Shown: positions 8,493-17,526 of the stretch, piece after piece | How positions within the stretch are numbered: the first letter of the stretch is position 1 | Layout of the letters: every line of letters starts with the position of its first letter | Virus record (IMG/VR): IMGVR_UViG_3300033072_000139 | Span: 3,083 to 67,082 of that record | From: a virus | Length of the DNA: 64,000 nucleotides | Direction: 5' to 3' (one strand) | Program-made: the position numbers and the translations under genes | The notes under the pieces: model-generated | What the model was told of the DNA's origin: nothing | The model's database searches: none | What the model saw: the letters and a program-made list of their open reading frames with translations, nothing else

Positions 8493-8653
8493 CAAGAAGT
8501 AATAAATGCTACTATAGTTTAGAAAGCCCTTGTACCGATGCCTTGCGGTTGGGTTAGACATAGTTTTCTTGCCAAGTGTGTTATAGTAGCAGCATTTGTT
8601 CATACGCATAAAGAAAACAAAGGGGTTTAAGGTTGTACCAGAACAACCTACAT

Positions 8654-8735
8654 AGTCAGGTGGCGGAGTGGTAGACGCAAGCCAAGGTTAAAAACTTGGT
8701 CTGCTTGATTGCAGGTTCGATTCCTGCCCTGACTA
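8654..8735 (+). tRNA. Atypical tRNA (Leu-like, probable TAA anticodon)
   Basis: Acceptor AGTCAGG/CCTGACT, D region TGGCGGAGTGGTAGACGC, T-arm GCAGG-TTCGATT-CCTGC; anticodon arm CCAAG-GTTAAAAA-CTTGG has an 8-nt loop. Confidence 0.65.
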
Positions 8736-8751
8736 CTAAAATAAATAACTT

Positions 8752-8934
8752 ATGATACCTAAAGAAAAAGCACAAGAATTAGTAGATAAAATGTATGGAG
8801 TAACAGATTATCAAGCTAAACAAAGTGCATTAATAGCAGTAGATGAGATATTGAATGAATTAATAGGACACGATTTTAGTAGAAATGCAATTCTATTTTG
8901 GACATCTGTTAAAAAAGAAATAGAGGCACTATAG
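8752..8934 (+). CDS. Hypothetical phage protein
   Basis: MIPKEKAQELV...AKQSALIAVDEIL...FWTSVKKEIEAL. Confidence 0.65.
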   Translation: MIPKEKAQELVDKMYGVTDYQAKQSALIAVDEILNELIGHDFSRNAILFWTSVKKEIEAL

Positions 8935-8947
8935 CAAAATAAATAAC

Positions 8948-9184
8948 ATGAAAGAATTAAATATGGCTTTGATTTTATCGAAGATGAATGTTAAAGATAA
9001 AACGTATTACTACAATTACTTTGATAGAGGTCTGTATAATAAAGTATTCAGGATATACATGAAGAAGTATCATAGGAAGAGTCACATCATTGATATGATG
9101 AAATCTGATGAAGACTTAGGGCTATACAACCTAGCAGAAATTAAATGCAATGATAAAAATATTAAACTACTTTACACCATTTAA
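8948..9184 (+). CDS. Hypothetical protein
   Basis: 78-aa ORF. Confidence 0.5.
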   Translation: MKELNMALILSKMNVKDKTYYYNYFDRGLYNKVFRIYMKKYHRKSHIIDMMKSDEDLGLYNLAEIKCNDKNIKLLYTI

Positions 9185-9186
9185 CT

Positions 9187-9375
9187 ATGAACAATATGAA
9201 AACAGCAATGCAAGAATTAATTGAATACTTAGATGATACAATTTCGGTATCAATAAAACAAAAGTTTCTTGAAAAAGAAAAAGAGCAGATAATAGAAGCA
9301 GTAGGTTTCGGGTTAGGTAATAAAAAAGAAACTGAATTAGGAGAATCTTACTATAATAAAACATACAACCTATGA
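9187..9375 (+). CDS. Hypothetical protein (EKxQIxxA..YY family)
   Basis: KTAMQELI...LEKEKEQIIEA...YYNKTY. Confidence 0.6.
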   Translation: MNNMKTAMQELIEYLDDTISVSIKQKFLEKEKEQIIEAVGFGLGNKKETELGESYYNKTYNL

Positions 9376-9557
9376 TTATAGTAACATTTCTACTAGGTGT
9401 AATATCTGTAATAGGTGCTATATCTATTTATAAACAAACAAAAGATAAGTAATGTACATACAATTAGAACCATTCATAATATCATTTATTATAACTATAC
9501 CTATCGTTGTTGGATGGGTTTATTTAATAGACCAAAGTAAAAAAATATTAGAGCAAG

Positions 9558-9956
9558 ATGAAAAAGAAAAAGAAACCAATCCATAAGTTTAATGGAGGGC
9601 TTGGTGCTACCTTATGCCATCATTGTAGCGTTATAATAAGCACAGGACTAACAGATGACATATACTGTAAAGACTGTGCAGATAATAAAGTAACATACCA
9701 TAATAGGTATAGAGATAAAATAATCTTTGAGCATAATGGAGATGAGGTTACCATGACAGGAGGTAAATGGATAAGATACTCATGGGACGATGACGGGAAT
9801 ACAACCATGGTTGATCCTTCGGGTGGCCCATATATTAGCCTAGGCGATAACCTTAAAGCTTTTTGGCGACAAGCTAAATACCAAGACCTTATCATAGAAT
9901 CAATAAAGTTTGATACAAAAAACGAAGAACCAATAGTAAAATTTAAAATTAAGTAA
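9558..9956 (+). CDS. Hypothetical protein with N-terminal zinc finger
   Basis: KFNGGLGATLCHHCSVII...YCKDC. Confidence 0.65.
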   Translation: MKKKKKPIHKFNGGLGATLCHHCSVIISTGLTDDIYCKDCADNKVTYHNRYRDKIIFEHNGDEVTMTGGKWIRYSWDDDGNTTMVDPSGGPYISLGDNLKAFWRQAKYQDLIIESIKFDTKNEEPIVKFKIK

Positions 9957-9957
9957 C

Positions 9958-10503
9958 ATGAAAAACCTTTTGAAAGCATTGGCATCATTTCAATTTCAAT
10001 GCCCTGCCATTACGAAGTCATCTAACAATCCGTTCTTTAAATCAAAGTATGCTCAATTAGATGCTATTCAGCATCATATTAAACCCTTACTAGATAGGAA
10101 CGGGCTAGTGGTATCACAGCCAACAACTGTAATAGACGGAATACCTTATGTTCAAACTTACGTATACCATGTAGAGTCAGGAGAAGTTATTTCTTCATGC
10201 TTTCCTATCGTAGTTCAAAAGCAGACTGCACAGGATTACGGCAGTGCTGTTACATACGCAAAGAGATATAGCCTATCAGGTGTACTTAACTTGATAATCG
10301 AAGATGAAGATGATGACGGAGAGAAGGCTATGTCAAGAGACGCTGCACCTCCTCAAAAAGAATGGCTAACTGATAAACATAAAGATTGGGCAGCAGTAGT
10401 CAAGAGAGCTGAATCTGGTAGCTTAGAAATCTCAAAGCTTAGACAATTCTACAACATATCAAAAGCTGTTGAGGCGCAATTATCACAAATAAAAGCATCA
10501 TAG
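9958..10503 (+). CDS. erf: ERF-family ssDNA annealing protein
   Basis: KSSNNPFFKSKYA...QDYGSAVTYAKRYSLSGVLNLIIEDEDDDG is the ERF signature. Confidence 0.9.
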   Translation: MKNLLKALASFQFQCPAITKSSNNPFFKSKYAQLDAIQHHIKPLLDRNGLVVSQPTTVIDGIPYVQTYVYHVESGEVISSCFPIVVQKQTAQDYGSAVTYAKRYSLSGVLNLIIEDEDDDGEKAMSRDAAPPQKEWLTDKHKDWAAVVKRAESGSLEISKLRQFYNISKAVEAQLSQIKAS

Positions 10504-10504
10504 T

Positions 10505-10777
10505 ATGGATAAGCAAAAAGTACTTATTGCCATATGTTTATTCTTAACATGGGCAGTGGTATATCAATCAAACAAATGCTCTACAATAGAGGAAGAGTCA
10601 TTAGGATTAAAGATGTCATTTGATTCCCTTAGAATTAAGTATGAGGTACTAAACTCTGAATTAAATGCAGAGAAAATGATGAACATGAGATACGAGTATG
10701 CACTAGATATACTTGAGACAAGTGACCCTGTAGCTGCATACAAGTACAAGGTTGTATTAATTGACAAAACAGAATAA
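10505..10777 (+). CDS. Membrane-anchored coiled-coil protein
   Basis: N-terminal hydrophobic helix. Confidence 0.55.
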   Translation: MDKQKVLIAICLFLTWAVVYQSNKCSTIEEESLGLKMSFDSLRIKYEVLNSELNAEKMMNMRYEYALDILETSDPVAAYKYKVVLIDKTE

Positions 10778-10778
10778 A

Positions 10779-11537
10779 ATGATAACACTAGAAACACTAC
10801 AACAAAGACCCTTAAGCTATTCTTCTTTAAAAGAATTTGCAAAGAGTCCTGCGCATTACATTGCGTACATTAATGGAGATAAAACTCCTAGTAAAGAAAT
10901 GATATTCGGTAGTGTGCTGCACTGCCTACTATTAAATAAACAAGACTTCGATTCTCAGTTTGCTGTAATGCCAAATGTAGATAGAAGAACTACGAAAGGT
11001 AAGGAAACCTATGAAGAGTTCTTAAGAACATCGGAAGGTAAGGAGATTGTTCAGGAATCTGAATTAGAAGATGCTACTAGGTTAGCTGAAAAGATATTGT
11101 CTCAGGATCATTTTGGTAAAATAGTTTCTGATTGCCAAACATTTGAACAAGAGTTCAGGGCGGAAATCAGTGGCTTACCCTTTAGGGGATTTATAGATGG
11201 CGAAGCTCCTTCGTATGTACTAGAAGTAAAGACAGCCTCAGACGCAAGTCCTAAAACTATCATCAACAATTTTTACGACAGGGGCTATCACATACAGGCG
11301 GCTCTATATAATATGATAACAAATAAACCTATCAAATATCTTATTGTAGAAACCAAATCTCCATACAATATTATAGTTGCTGATGCGAGTCAGGAGTATA
11401 TTGATTTAGGTAAAAAAGTGGTATCAGATTTAATAGGAAAGTTTAATAGTTGCATGGAAAATAACCTTTGGGATATGGGATATGAGTTCCATTTAGGAGG
11501 AGATTTTGAAATTTCTTTGCCAAGTTGGGTAAAATAA
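10779..11537 (+). CDS. PD-(D/E)XK exonuclease (RecE/exonuclease VIII, DUF3799-like)
   Basis: LSYSSLK..KSPAHY, FGSVLH, RGFID..EVKT, YHIQAALY; adjacent to ERF. Confidence 0.85.
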   Translation: MITLETLQQRPLSYSSLKEFAKSPAHYIAYINGDKTPSKEMIFGSVLHCLLLNKQDFDSQFAVMPNVDRRTTKGKETYEEFLRTSEGKEIVQESELEDATRLAEKILSQDHFGKIVSDCQTFEQEFRAEISGLPFRGFIDGEAPSYVLEVKTASDASPKTIINNFYDRGYHIQAALYNMITNKPIKYLIVETKSPYNIIVADASQEYIDLGKKVVSDLIGKFNSCMENNLWDMGYEFHLGGDFEISLPSWVK

Positions 11538-11591
11538 TTTTGTTTTGTAAAAAATATTGTATATTCGCAATACACTATTTGTAAAAAGCCT

Positions 11592-11957
11592 ATGTCGAGC
11601 AGATACGACACACTAAGAATAGACTTGAAGTTCCTTCCTATTGAGGATGAGCAAGAACTTGAAGACCTTAAAGACCTTGAGTTTCAAACTAAGAGTCTTG
11701 ATTGCCAGTTCCTAGATTACCATGTTGGTATGGACGGGTACTTATACTTTGAAGACTTCGAGTATGAGTTAGTATCTAAAGAGAATAAAGACGGGCTGTT
11801 TTCGGCTGAGATGCGAAAGATTAACCAAGTAACTAAGAAAAGCTATTATAATGGAGATGTTTTATTCTACGGAAAGCCTTATGAAGTATTCTATACGTTT
11901 ATGGCGTACTTCAATGATGGTGAACTAGAATCTGTCGTCCTTATTTCCAAACAATAA
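11592..11957 (+). CDS. Hypothetical phage protein
   Basis: FQTKSLDC...Y...DG.L motif. Confidence 0.65.
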   Translation: MSSRYDTLRIDLKFLPIEDEQELEDLKDLEFQTKSLDCQFLDYHVGMDGYLYFEDFEYELVSKENKDGLFSAEMRKINQVTKKSYYNGDVLFYGKPYEVFYTFMAYFNDGELESVVLISKQ

Positions 11958-11961
11958 AACC

Positions 11962-12234
11962 ATGAACGCGAAGGGCATAACCAAGACCAAATTAACCAAA
12001 ACCTACCCTCAAATCGCCAAAATCCTAGATGAAATTTATCTAAAAGATAAGTCCAAGAACTATTGGTTCTTTGTAAACTATTCTGGGAGGTATATGGATA
12101 AGGAGGGGAAGCCAAGAACTGTATCCATGGGGGCTGTCATTGACATCCTCTCTGAATACGGCTTTGATGTAGCTATTACAGCTACCAAGAACCCCAAGAA
12201 GAAACTTCTATGGGGAAAGCTTGAAAATATTTAA
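11962..12234 (+). CDS. Hypothetical protein
   Basis: 90-aa ORF. Confidence 0.55.
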   Translation: MNAKGITKTKLTKTYPQIAKILDEIYLKDKSKNYWFFVNYSGRYMDKEGKPRTVSMGAVIDILSEYGFDVAITATKNPKKKLLWGKLENI

Positions 12235-12255
12235 TTTTGCATAAAAATTACTGAA

Positions 12256-12621
12256 ATGGCATTATCAACAAGGACACCTCAACAAACGCTAATTGAGGCA
12301 TTTTATGAGCTAGAAGTAGCAGCTCATTTAGCACACGTAAACACTCGTTCTTACTCAGAGCATATTGCATTTGGGGATTTCTACGACAAAGTTGGAGACT
12401 TTAAAGACTTCCTAGTAGAATACCACATGGGCGAGGGGAAATTAACCAAGCTATCAATCTCCGTACTAGACCCTGGTGGTGCTGTACCTGCGTTAGCTGA
12501 TTCTCTATCAGAGAAGTTCTGCTCTTACGCTAAGAATCTAGGAGATGAAGCATTAATCAACAAAGCAGGAGAGTTCGAAGAAGTAGTGGCTCACTTGAAG
12601 TACATGTTGATGTTAAAATAG
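12256..12621 (+). CDS. Ferritin/Dps-like four-helix protein
   Basis: AHLAHVNTRSYSEHIAFGDFYD...D.LVEY...LKYMLMLK. Confidence 0.7.
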   Translation: MALSTRTPQQTLIEAFYELEVAAHLAHVNTRSYSEHIAFGDFYDKVGDFKDFLVEYHMGEGKLTKLSISVLDPGGAVPALADSLSEKFCSYAKNLGDEALINKAGEFEEVVAHLKYMLMLK

Positions 12622-12646
12622 GGAACACTTTTCATACATACAAGGA

Positions 12647-12678
12647 TCCCCTGGTGTTTCTACATCGGGGGTTTTTTT
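12647..12678 (+). terminator. Intrinsic terminator with TGTTTCTACA apex
   Basis: CCCCTGGTGT-TTCT-ACATCGGGGG followed by T7. Confidence 0.8.
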
Positions 12679-12708
12679 ACCGAATTTTTAACCAATAAAC
12701 CATATAAA

Positions 12709-12978
12709 ATGTCAGACACAATTTACATTAATGCATTACGATGCAAGAAAAGTCAGTATGGTACTAAGATTAGTATCAATGTAGACAAGTTCATTGAAGA
12801 ACTGAATACTCATAAGAATGAGAGAGGATACGTAAATATTGAAGTAAAAGAAAGAAAGGCACCTGACCAATACGGATACAATGCATACGCTGTTTTGGAT
12901 ACATGGAAGCCTAATAAGGATGCGGTACAACCTGCAGCACCTAAGCCTGTTGGGAAGACTGACGACTTACCATTCTAA
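12709..12978 (+). CDS. Single-stranded DNA-binding protein-like
   Basis: Small beta-rich protein with acidic C-terminal DDLPF tail, in the replication module. Confidence 0.7.
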   Translation: MSDTIYINALRCKKSQYGTKISINVDKFIEELNTHKNERGYVNIEVKERKAPDQYGYNAYAVLDTWKPNKDAVQPAAPKPVGKTDDLPF

Positions 12979-13070
12979 ATTATTGAAGTTAAGTTGGAGT
13001 AAATAATCTAAATTAAAATTAATTATTAATCACGACTTATTTAATGGGAACTCCAATTGTACTTCAGGAC

Positions 13071-13137
13071 ACCTTGTTAGTGTTTAATGGTTAGCACGTC
13101 TATATGAAAGAGCTAGTTCGAATCTAGCACAAGGCCA
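13071..13137 (+). ncRNA. tRNA-like element with shrunken anticodon arm
   Basis: CCTTGT/ACAAGG acceptor followed by CCA, D-arm GTGT-TTAATGGTTA-GCAC, T-arm GCTAG-TTCGAAT-CTAGC; only TCT-ATATGAA-AGA lies between the arms. Confidence 0.55.
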
Positions 13138-13149
13138 AAATCAATATGT

Positions 13150-14967
13150 ATGCATAAAGTAACCTTATTTAGAAACATTACTACTATACACGAGCCTCAC
13201 TTTGTTGAATTGGGTCTTGTATTAAAAGGTATAGAGACGGGCAAATACAAAGATAAAGTTAGCGAGATACGTCAGTGCAATGATGAGAATAAGATTAGAG
13301 AATTGAAATCTGCATTGCCATGCGTACTTTTTTCAGGAGAATTTAATAAGCCTATTACTAAAGTTAGAGACAATGGAACGGAATACGTATCATACAGAGA
13401 TGACAAGTCTTTAACAAAGCATAGCGGGTTCGTACCTATTGATATAGATGATATTGATGATGTAAACGAGATGAAACAGGAGTTGATTAACAACCCTTTC
13501 ATATATGCATTATGGACATCATCTAGTGGTAAAGGACTCCACGGATTAGTGAAGATAGGAGACGGAAACAAACACACGCAGCATTATAAAGCACTATTAG
13601 AAAAGATACCAGGATTAGACCCAACAGCTAAAAACATAGCTAGGGTCCTGTATGTTTCTTATGATCCTGAGATATACGTTAACACATCATCAAGTGTGTT
13701 CTTCGATATCGTACAGGAAGAAGAAATAAAGCCATCTTCTGTTAAAATGGGAGACGGATTTACAGACTATAAGAAGATAGATGTAGCATCAAGAATGATT
13801 AGGCTAGCGCCTGATGGGCAAAAGCACTACACATTACTTAGAGCAGCTACACTATTAGGAGGATATGTTGCAACCAAGTATATCGAGTATGATATTGCTT
13901 ACGATATTCTTTCTCATGAAATATCTAAGAAAGATGTAGACGACATCCAACTAGCCAAGAAAACCATCGAAGATGGATTGCGTCATGGTATGACCAGGCC
14001 TATACATGAAGTAGAGTCTGAGTATAGAGAAGTTGTTCGTGAAATAGGAGTCATGGAGGAAGATTTGTCCTTTCTTTCTTCACGTACTAGAGACGACGAT
14101 TTCATCTACAAGTTTAGGTCTGGTCTTATACCTATGGGTATGCCTTTTGGATATACTCATCTAGATGAACATCTTAGGCTGAAGGAAGGCGAATTTTATG
14201 CGTCCCTAGCACATAGTCACATTGGTAAAACAACCGTCAATTTGTGGCTTATTTTCTTATCTGCTGTGCATTACGATTGGAATTGGATGCTGTATACAGG
14301 AGAGAATCAATCAGCATCAGTAAAGATGAAACTCATGGAGTTTTTTATAGGTAAGAAAATTACCAATATGAATGACCTAGAGCATGAAGTATCATTAAAA
14401 TTTGTCGAAGAGCACTTCTTTATACTTTCTACTGATAACATGTATACATACGGAGAGATACTAGACCACTCTAAAGTGCTTATGAATTATAAGTCATTGA
14501 AGGGGCTGTTCATTGACCCGTATAACTCTTTGAAAATGGAGTTGACCGCAGCTAAGAATAAATACATATACGACTACGAGGCATACAGCGAGATGCTAAA
14601 CTATACCAAGAAGTATAATACTTCTATATTCCTATCAGTACACAGTACAACAAACTCACAACGGGAGAGAGACAAAGATGGAAATCAAAAAATGCCTCAC
14701 GCATCTGATACCGAAGGGGGTGCTGCACTTTACAATAGGGTTGATAACTTTGTGACTTATCACAGGAAAATCAAAGACCAATATGAGTGGATGATTACAG
14801 AGATTTCTGTTGATAAGATAAGAAATAAAGAAACGGGAGGCAAACCGACGACACAAGGGAATCCATGTATACTAAGAATGAATAATGGAGTTGAATTTGT
14901 TGACGAAAATGGAATGCTACCTTTTAATAGAGATTATTTATTATTAAAGCATAAATGTAGATTTTAA
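13150..14967 (+). CDS. Primase (BT4734/VirE-N-like)-SF4 helicase fusion
   Basis: N-terminal LPCVLFSG, HSGFVPIDID, SSSGKGLH, SYDP; C-terminal AHSHIGKT (Walker A variant), LFIDPYN (Walker B), VDKIR. Confidence 0.85.
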   Translation: MHKVTLFRNITTIHEPHFVELGLVLKGIETGKYKDKVSEIRQCNDENKIRELKSALPCVLFSGEFNKPITKVRDNGTEYVSYRDDKSLTKHSGFVPIDIDDIDDVNEMKQELINNPFIYALWTSSSGKGLHGLVKIGDGNKHTQHYKALLEKIPGLDPTAKNIARVLYVSYDPEIYVNTSSSVFFDIVQEEEIKPSSVKMGDGFTDYKKIDVASRMIRLAPDGQKHYTLLRAATLLGGYVATKYIEYDIAYDILSHEISKKDVDDIQLAKKTIEDGLRHGMTRPIHEVESEYREVVREIGVMEEDLSFLSSRTRDDDFIYKFRSGLIPMGMPFGYTHLDEHLRLKEGEFYASLAHSHIGKTTVNLWLIFLSAVHYDWNWMLYTGENQSASVKMKLMEFFIGKKITNMNDLEHEVSLKFVEEHFFILSTDNMYTYGEILDHSKVLMNYKSLKGLFIDPYNSLKMELTAAKNKYIYDYEAYSEMLNYTKKYNTSIFLSVHSTTNSQRERDKDGNQKMPHASDTEGGAALYNRVDNFVTYHRKIKDQYEWMITEISVDKIRNKETGGKPTTQGNPCILRMNNGVEFVDENGMLPFNRDYLLLKHKCRF

Positions 14968-14968
14968 C

Positions 14969-15205
14969 ATGGGGTACGAGTTTATTGATGAATCAAGAGT
15001 TACAATTTTAGCTTATGACTTATCTATAGAAGATTTGCAAGAGCGTAGAGAAAAAGCCATTGAGTTCAAGACATTGAAATTGGCGCAACAAAAGTTAATC
15101 ATTGGGCAAAATGTTATCAAGAACGCTATAAGGCAGAAAAAACGAGTCTATTCAAAAGAATTAGACAAAGAATTTGCATTACGAATCAAACCAATAAAAA
15201 AATAA
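14969..15205 (+). CDS. Small DNA-binding protein (NUMOD1-like)
   Basis: EFKTLKLAQQKL...IKNAI pattern. Confidence 0.5.
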   Translation: MGYEFIDESRVTILAYDLSIEDLQERREKAIEFKTLKLAQQKLIIGQNVIKNAIRQKKRVYSKELDKEFALRIKPIKK

Positions 15206-15209
15206 AACA

Positions 15210-15611
15210 ATGGCGAAGCAAGTATTTACTGACCAATCACTACAAACAGCATTTGAAAAATCAATAGAGATGTACGAAGCATATAGGTCTATTGTAGCTA
15301 AAAAAATAGATTGTAGTGACCCTAGAGCTATTGTAGACCACCTATCAGAGATAACATCAATAATGGGTACAGGTGTTACAGCAAAAGCTCAGTTTCAATT
15401 TCTTACAGAGAAGTTATCGTTCTCTAAGTTAATTACATTAAACAATGACGACAGGTCTGCAACTGAAAAGAAAATGCTAGTAGCATACGAGATAGGAGAT
15501 TGTAGCTACTACAATAATATTATGGAATTGTTGATAAAAGAATGCCATTATAAGATAGAAATACTGCGTTCTTCATTGTCATATAGCAAAAGTGAATTAA
15601 ATTTGATATAA
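15210..15611 (+). CDS. Hypothetical helical protein
   Basis: 133-aa ORF ending LRSSLSYSKSEL. Confidence 0.6.
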   Translation: MAKQVFTDQSLQTAFEKSIEMYEAYRSIVAKKIDCSDPRAIVDHLSEITSIMGTGVTAKAQFQFLTEKLSFSKLITLNNDDRSATEKKMLVAYEIGDCSYYNNIMELLIKECHYKIEILRSSLSYSKSELNLI

Positions 15612-15715
15612 TTTTTTATGGAAGACAATAAAAAACAAGAGAAGCCCGTTTTAGTTTTGCTTCTCATATATTTAATAATGATGGGGCTATTGCTCACATG
15701 TACATTATCTGATTT

Positions 15716-16084
15716 ATGACGCAAATAAAGAAGGTACAGAAGTATGGTTTAAAGTTTGACTCTAGATTAGAGTTATTCTTCTATGAACTATTGAAAAGCG
15801 ATAAAATTGATTTTGATTTTCAAGTCCCATACCTTCTTCACCCAACATTTAGATACCAGGGTAAGTCCGTTAGGGCAATGACACTAACTGTTGATTTTGA
15901 TTTAACAGATAAAGGGAAGTCTGTAATAGTTGATACCAAAGGGTTTCAGAGGAATGACAATAAGTTGAAGTGGAAGCTCTTAAAGTACAGACTTTATAGT
16001 GAGTTCGGGCAACAGCCGCATATATTTTTACCAAAAAACCAAAAAGAGTGCAGAGAAGTTGTTGAGTTTATTAAAAAGTTGTAG
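15716..16084 (+). CDS. DUF1064-like PD-(D/E)XK endonuclease
   Basis: GLKFDSRLE, FQVPY, VDF...VDTKGF. Confidence 0.8.
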   Translation: MTQIKKVQKYGLKFDSRLELFFYELLKSDKIDFDFQVPYLLHPTFRYQGKSVRAMTLTVDFDLTDKGKSVIVDTKGFQRNDNKLKWKLLKYRLYSEFGQQPHIFLPKNQKECREVVEFIKKL

Positions 16085-16110
16085 TTTAGTAAAACCTAAC
16101 CCATAAATAC

Positions 16111-17151
16111 ATGAAAAAAGAAATCAGACCTCGCATTACTGAGGAAGAATTTGATATCCTAAAAGATATCAGGTCTCAGCATGAAGCACTATCTGAAGAA
16201 TGCCAAAAACAAGGCATCCCTGTCCAAGATGTAAAACATTATTGGTTCAAAGGGGAACACTTCTCAATCAATGTAAAGGGCGCTCAAGTAAGCTATAATG
16301 ACATTAAAGATGTTATTATACAAGAGATGAAAGAGTATGCTCCTGAATACATTGAAATTCAAAGAGAACCATTCAAGAAACCAGAAGATGCTCATCTATT
16401 AGTAATCGACCCTGCCGATATCCATATCGGTAAACTATGCTCTGCATTTGAAACAAATGACGAGTATAACAACAAAATAGCTGTTGATAGAGTGATGCAA
16501 GGTGTGTATGGAATACTCGAGAAGGCATCAGCCTTTAATGTAGACCAAATACTATATGTTATCGGCAACGATATCCTGCATGTTGACACTCCTAAAAGAC
16601 AGACTACATCAGGAACTCCACAGGATACAGATGGCATGTGGTACGATAACTTTTTGATTGCCAAAAGACTGCACGTTGAGATTATTGAAACACTCAGAGA
16701 GGTTTCTAACGTATACGTTCAGTATGACCCATCTAACCACGACTACACGAACGGATTCTTCTTAGCTGATACAATCCAATCTTGGTTTAGTAGAGACAAT
16801 AATGTTCAATTTAATTGCTCTATCAACCACAGAAAATACTACAGATACTATAATAACCTTATAGGTACTACACACGGAGACGGAGCGAAAGAAAATGATT
16901 TGCCATTACTTATGGCTCATGAATCTGGAAGCGATTGGTCTTCTTGTAAGCATAAATACTTCTACATTCATCATATCCATCACAAGCGTTCTAAAGATAT
17001 CATGGGCGTTACTATTGAGGCCTTAAGAAGCCCATCAGGAGCTGACTCTTGGCATCACAGAAACGGATATGTACACGCTCCAAAAGCTGTAGAAGGATTC
17101 TTGCATCATAAACTGCATGGTCAGATTGCAAGATTCAGTCACATATTTTAA
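16111..17151 (+). CDS. Calcineurin-like metallophosphoesterase
   Basis: DIHIG, GNDILH, SNHD, THGD, HHIHH motifs. Confidence 0.85.
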   Translation: MKKEIRPRITEEEFDILKDIRSQHEALSEECQKQGIPVQDVKHYWFKGEHFSINVKGAQVSYNDIKDVIIQEMKEYAPEYIEIQREPFKKPEDAHLLVIDPADIHIGKLCSAFETNDEYNNKIAVDRVMQGVYGILEKASAFNVDQILYVIGNDILHVDTPKRQTTSGTPQDTDGMWYDNFLIAKRLHVEIIETLREVSNVYVQYDPSNHDYTNGFFLADTIQSWFSRDNNVQFNCSINHRKYYRYYNNLIGTTHGDGAKENDLPLLMAHESGSDWSSCKHKYFYIHHIHHKRSKDIMGVTIEALRSPSGADSWHHRNGYVHAPKAVEGFLHHKLHGQIARFSHIF

Positions 17152-17358
17152 TTGGTGTAGATAAATGACAATAAGAAGGGGTCGTCAATCCCCCCAACGA
17201 CTCCTTCATCGTCAGATATAAAATCATTTATATATGAAGTATTAAGTAAATCAATAGGATCTCTCTTAGTACACAGATATATCACTTGAAATTGTATATT
17301 TGAGTCCGTTTCTTCAATTGGATGCACTGAAATAATCATAACATAATAATTAGATACT

Positions 17359-17526
17359 ATGAAGATAATCAAAATGAACGAGTCTATTAACGATTCAAAA
17401 GACTTAGAGACTTTAATGGCAGAAAAGAAGAAGGTGGAAGATTATCTTCAGTTGTTACAGAACAAGATTAGGGCTATTGTATATAAGTACGACGTAGGTA
17501 AGGTAGACTACACAAAGAAAGGCTAG
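17359..17526 (+). CDS. Small coiled-coil hypothetical protein (last + strand gene)
   Basis: Manually translated 55 aa MKIIKMNESINDSKDLETLMAEKKKVEDYLQLLQNKIRAIVYKYDVGKVDYTKKG. Confidence 0.45.
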   Translation: MKIIKMNESINDSKDLETLMAEKKKVEDYLQLLQNKIRAIVYKYDVGKVDYTKKG

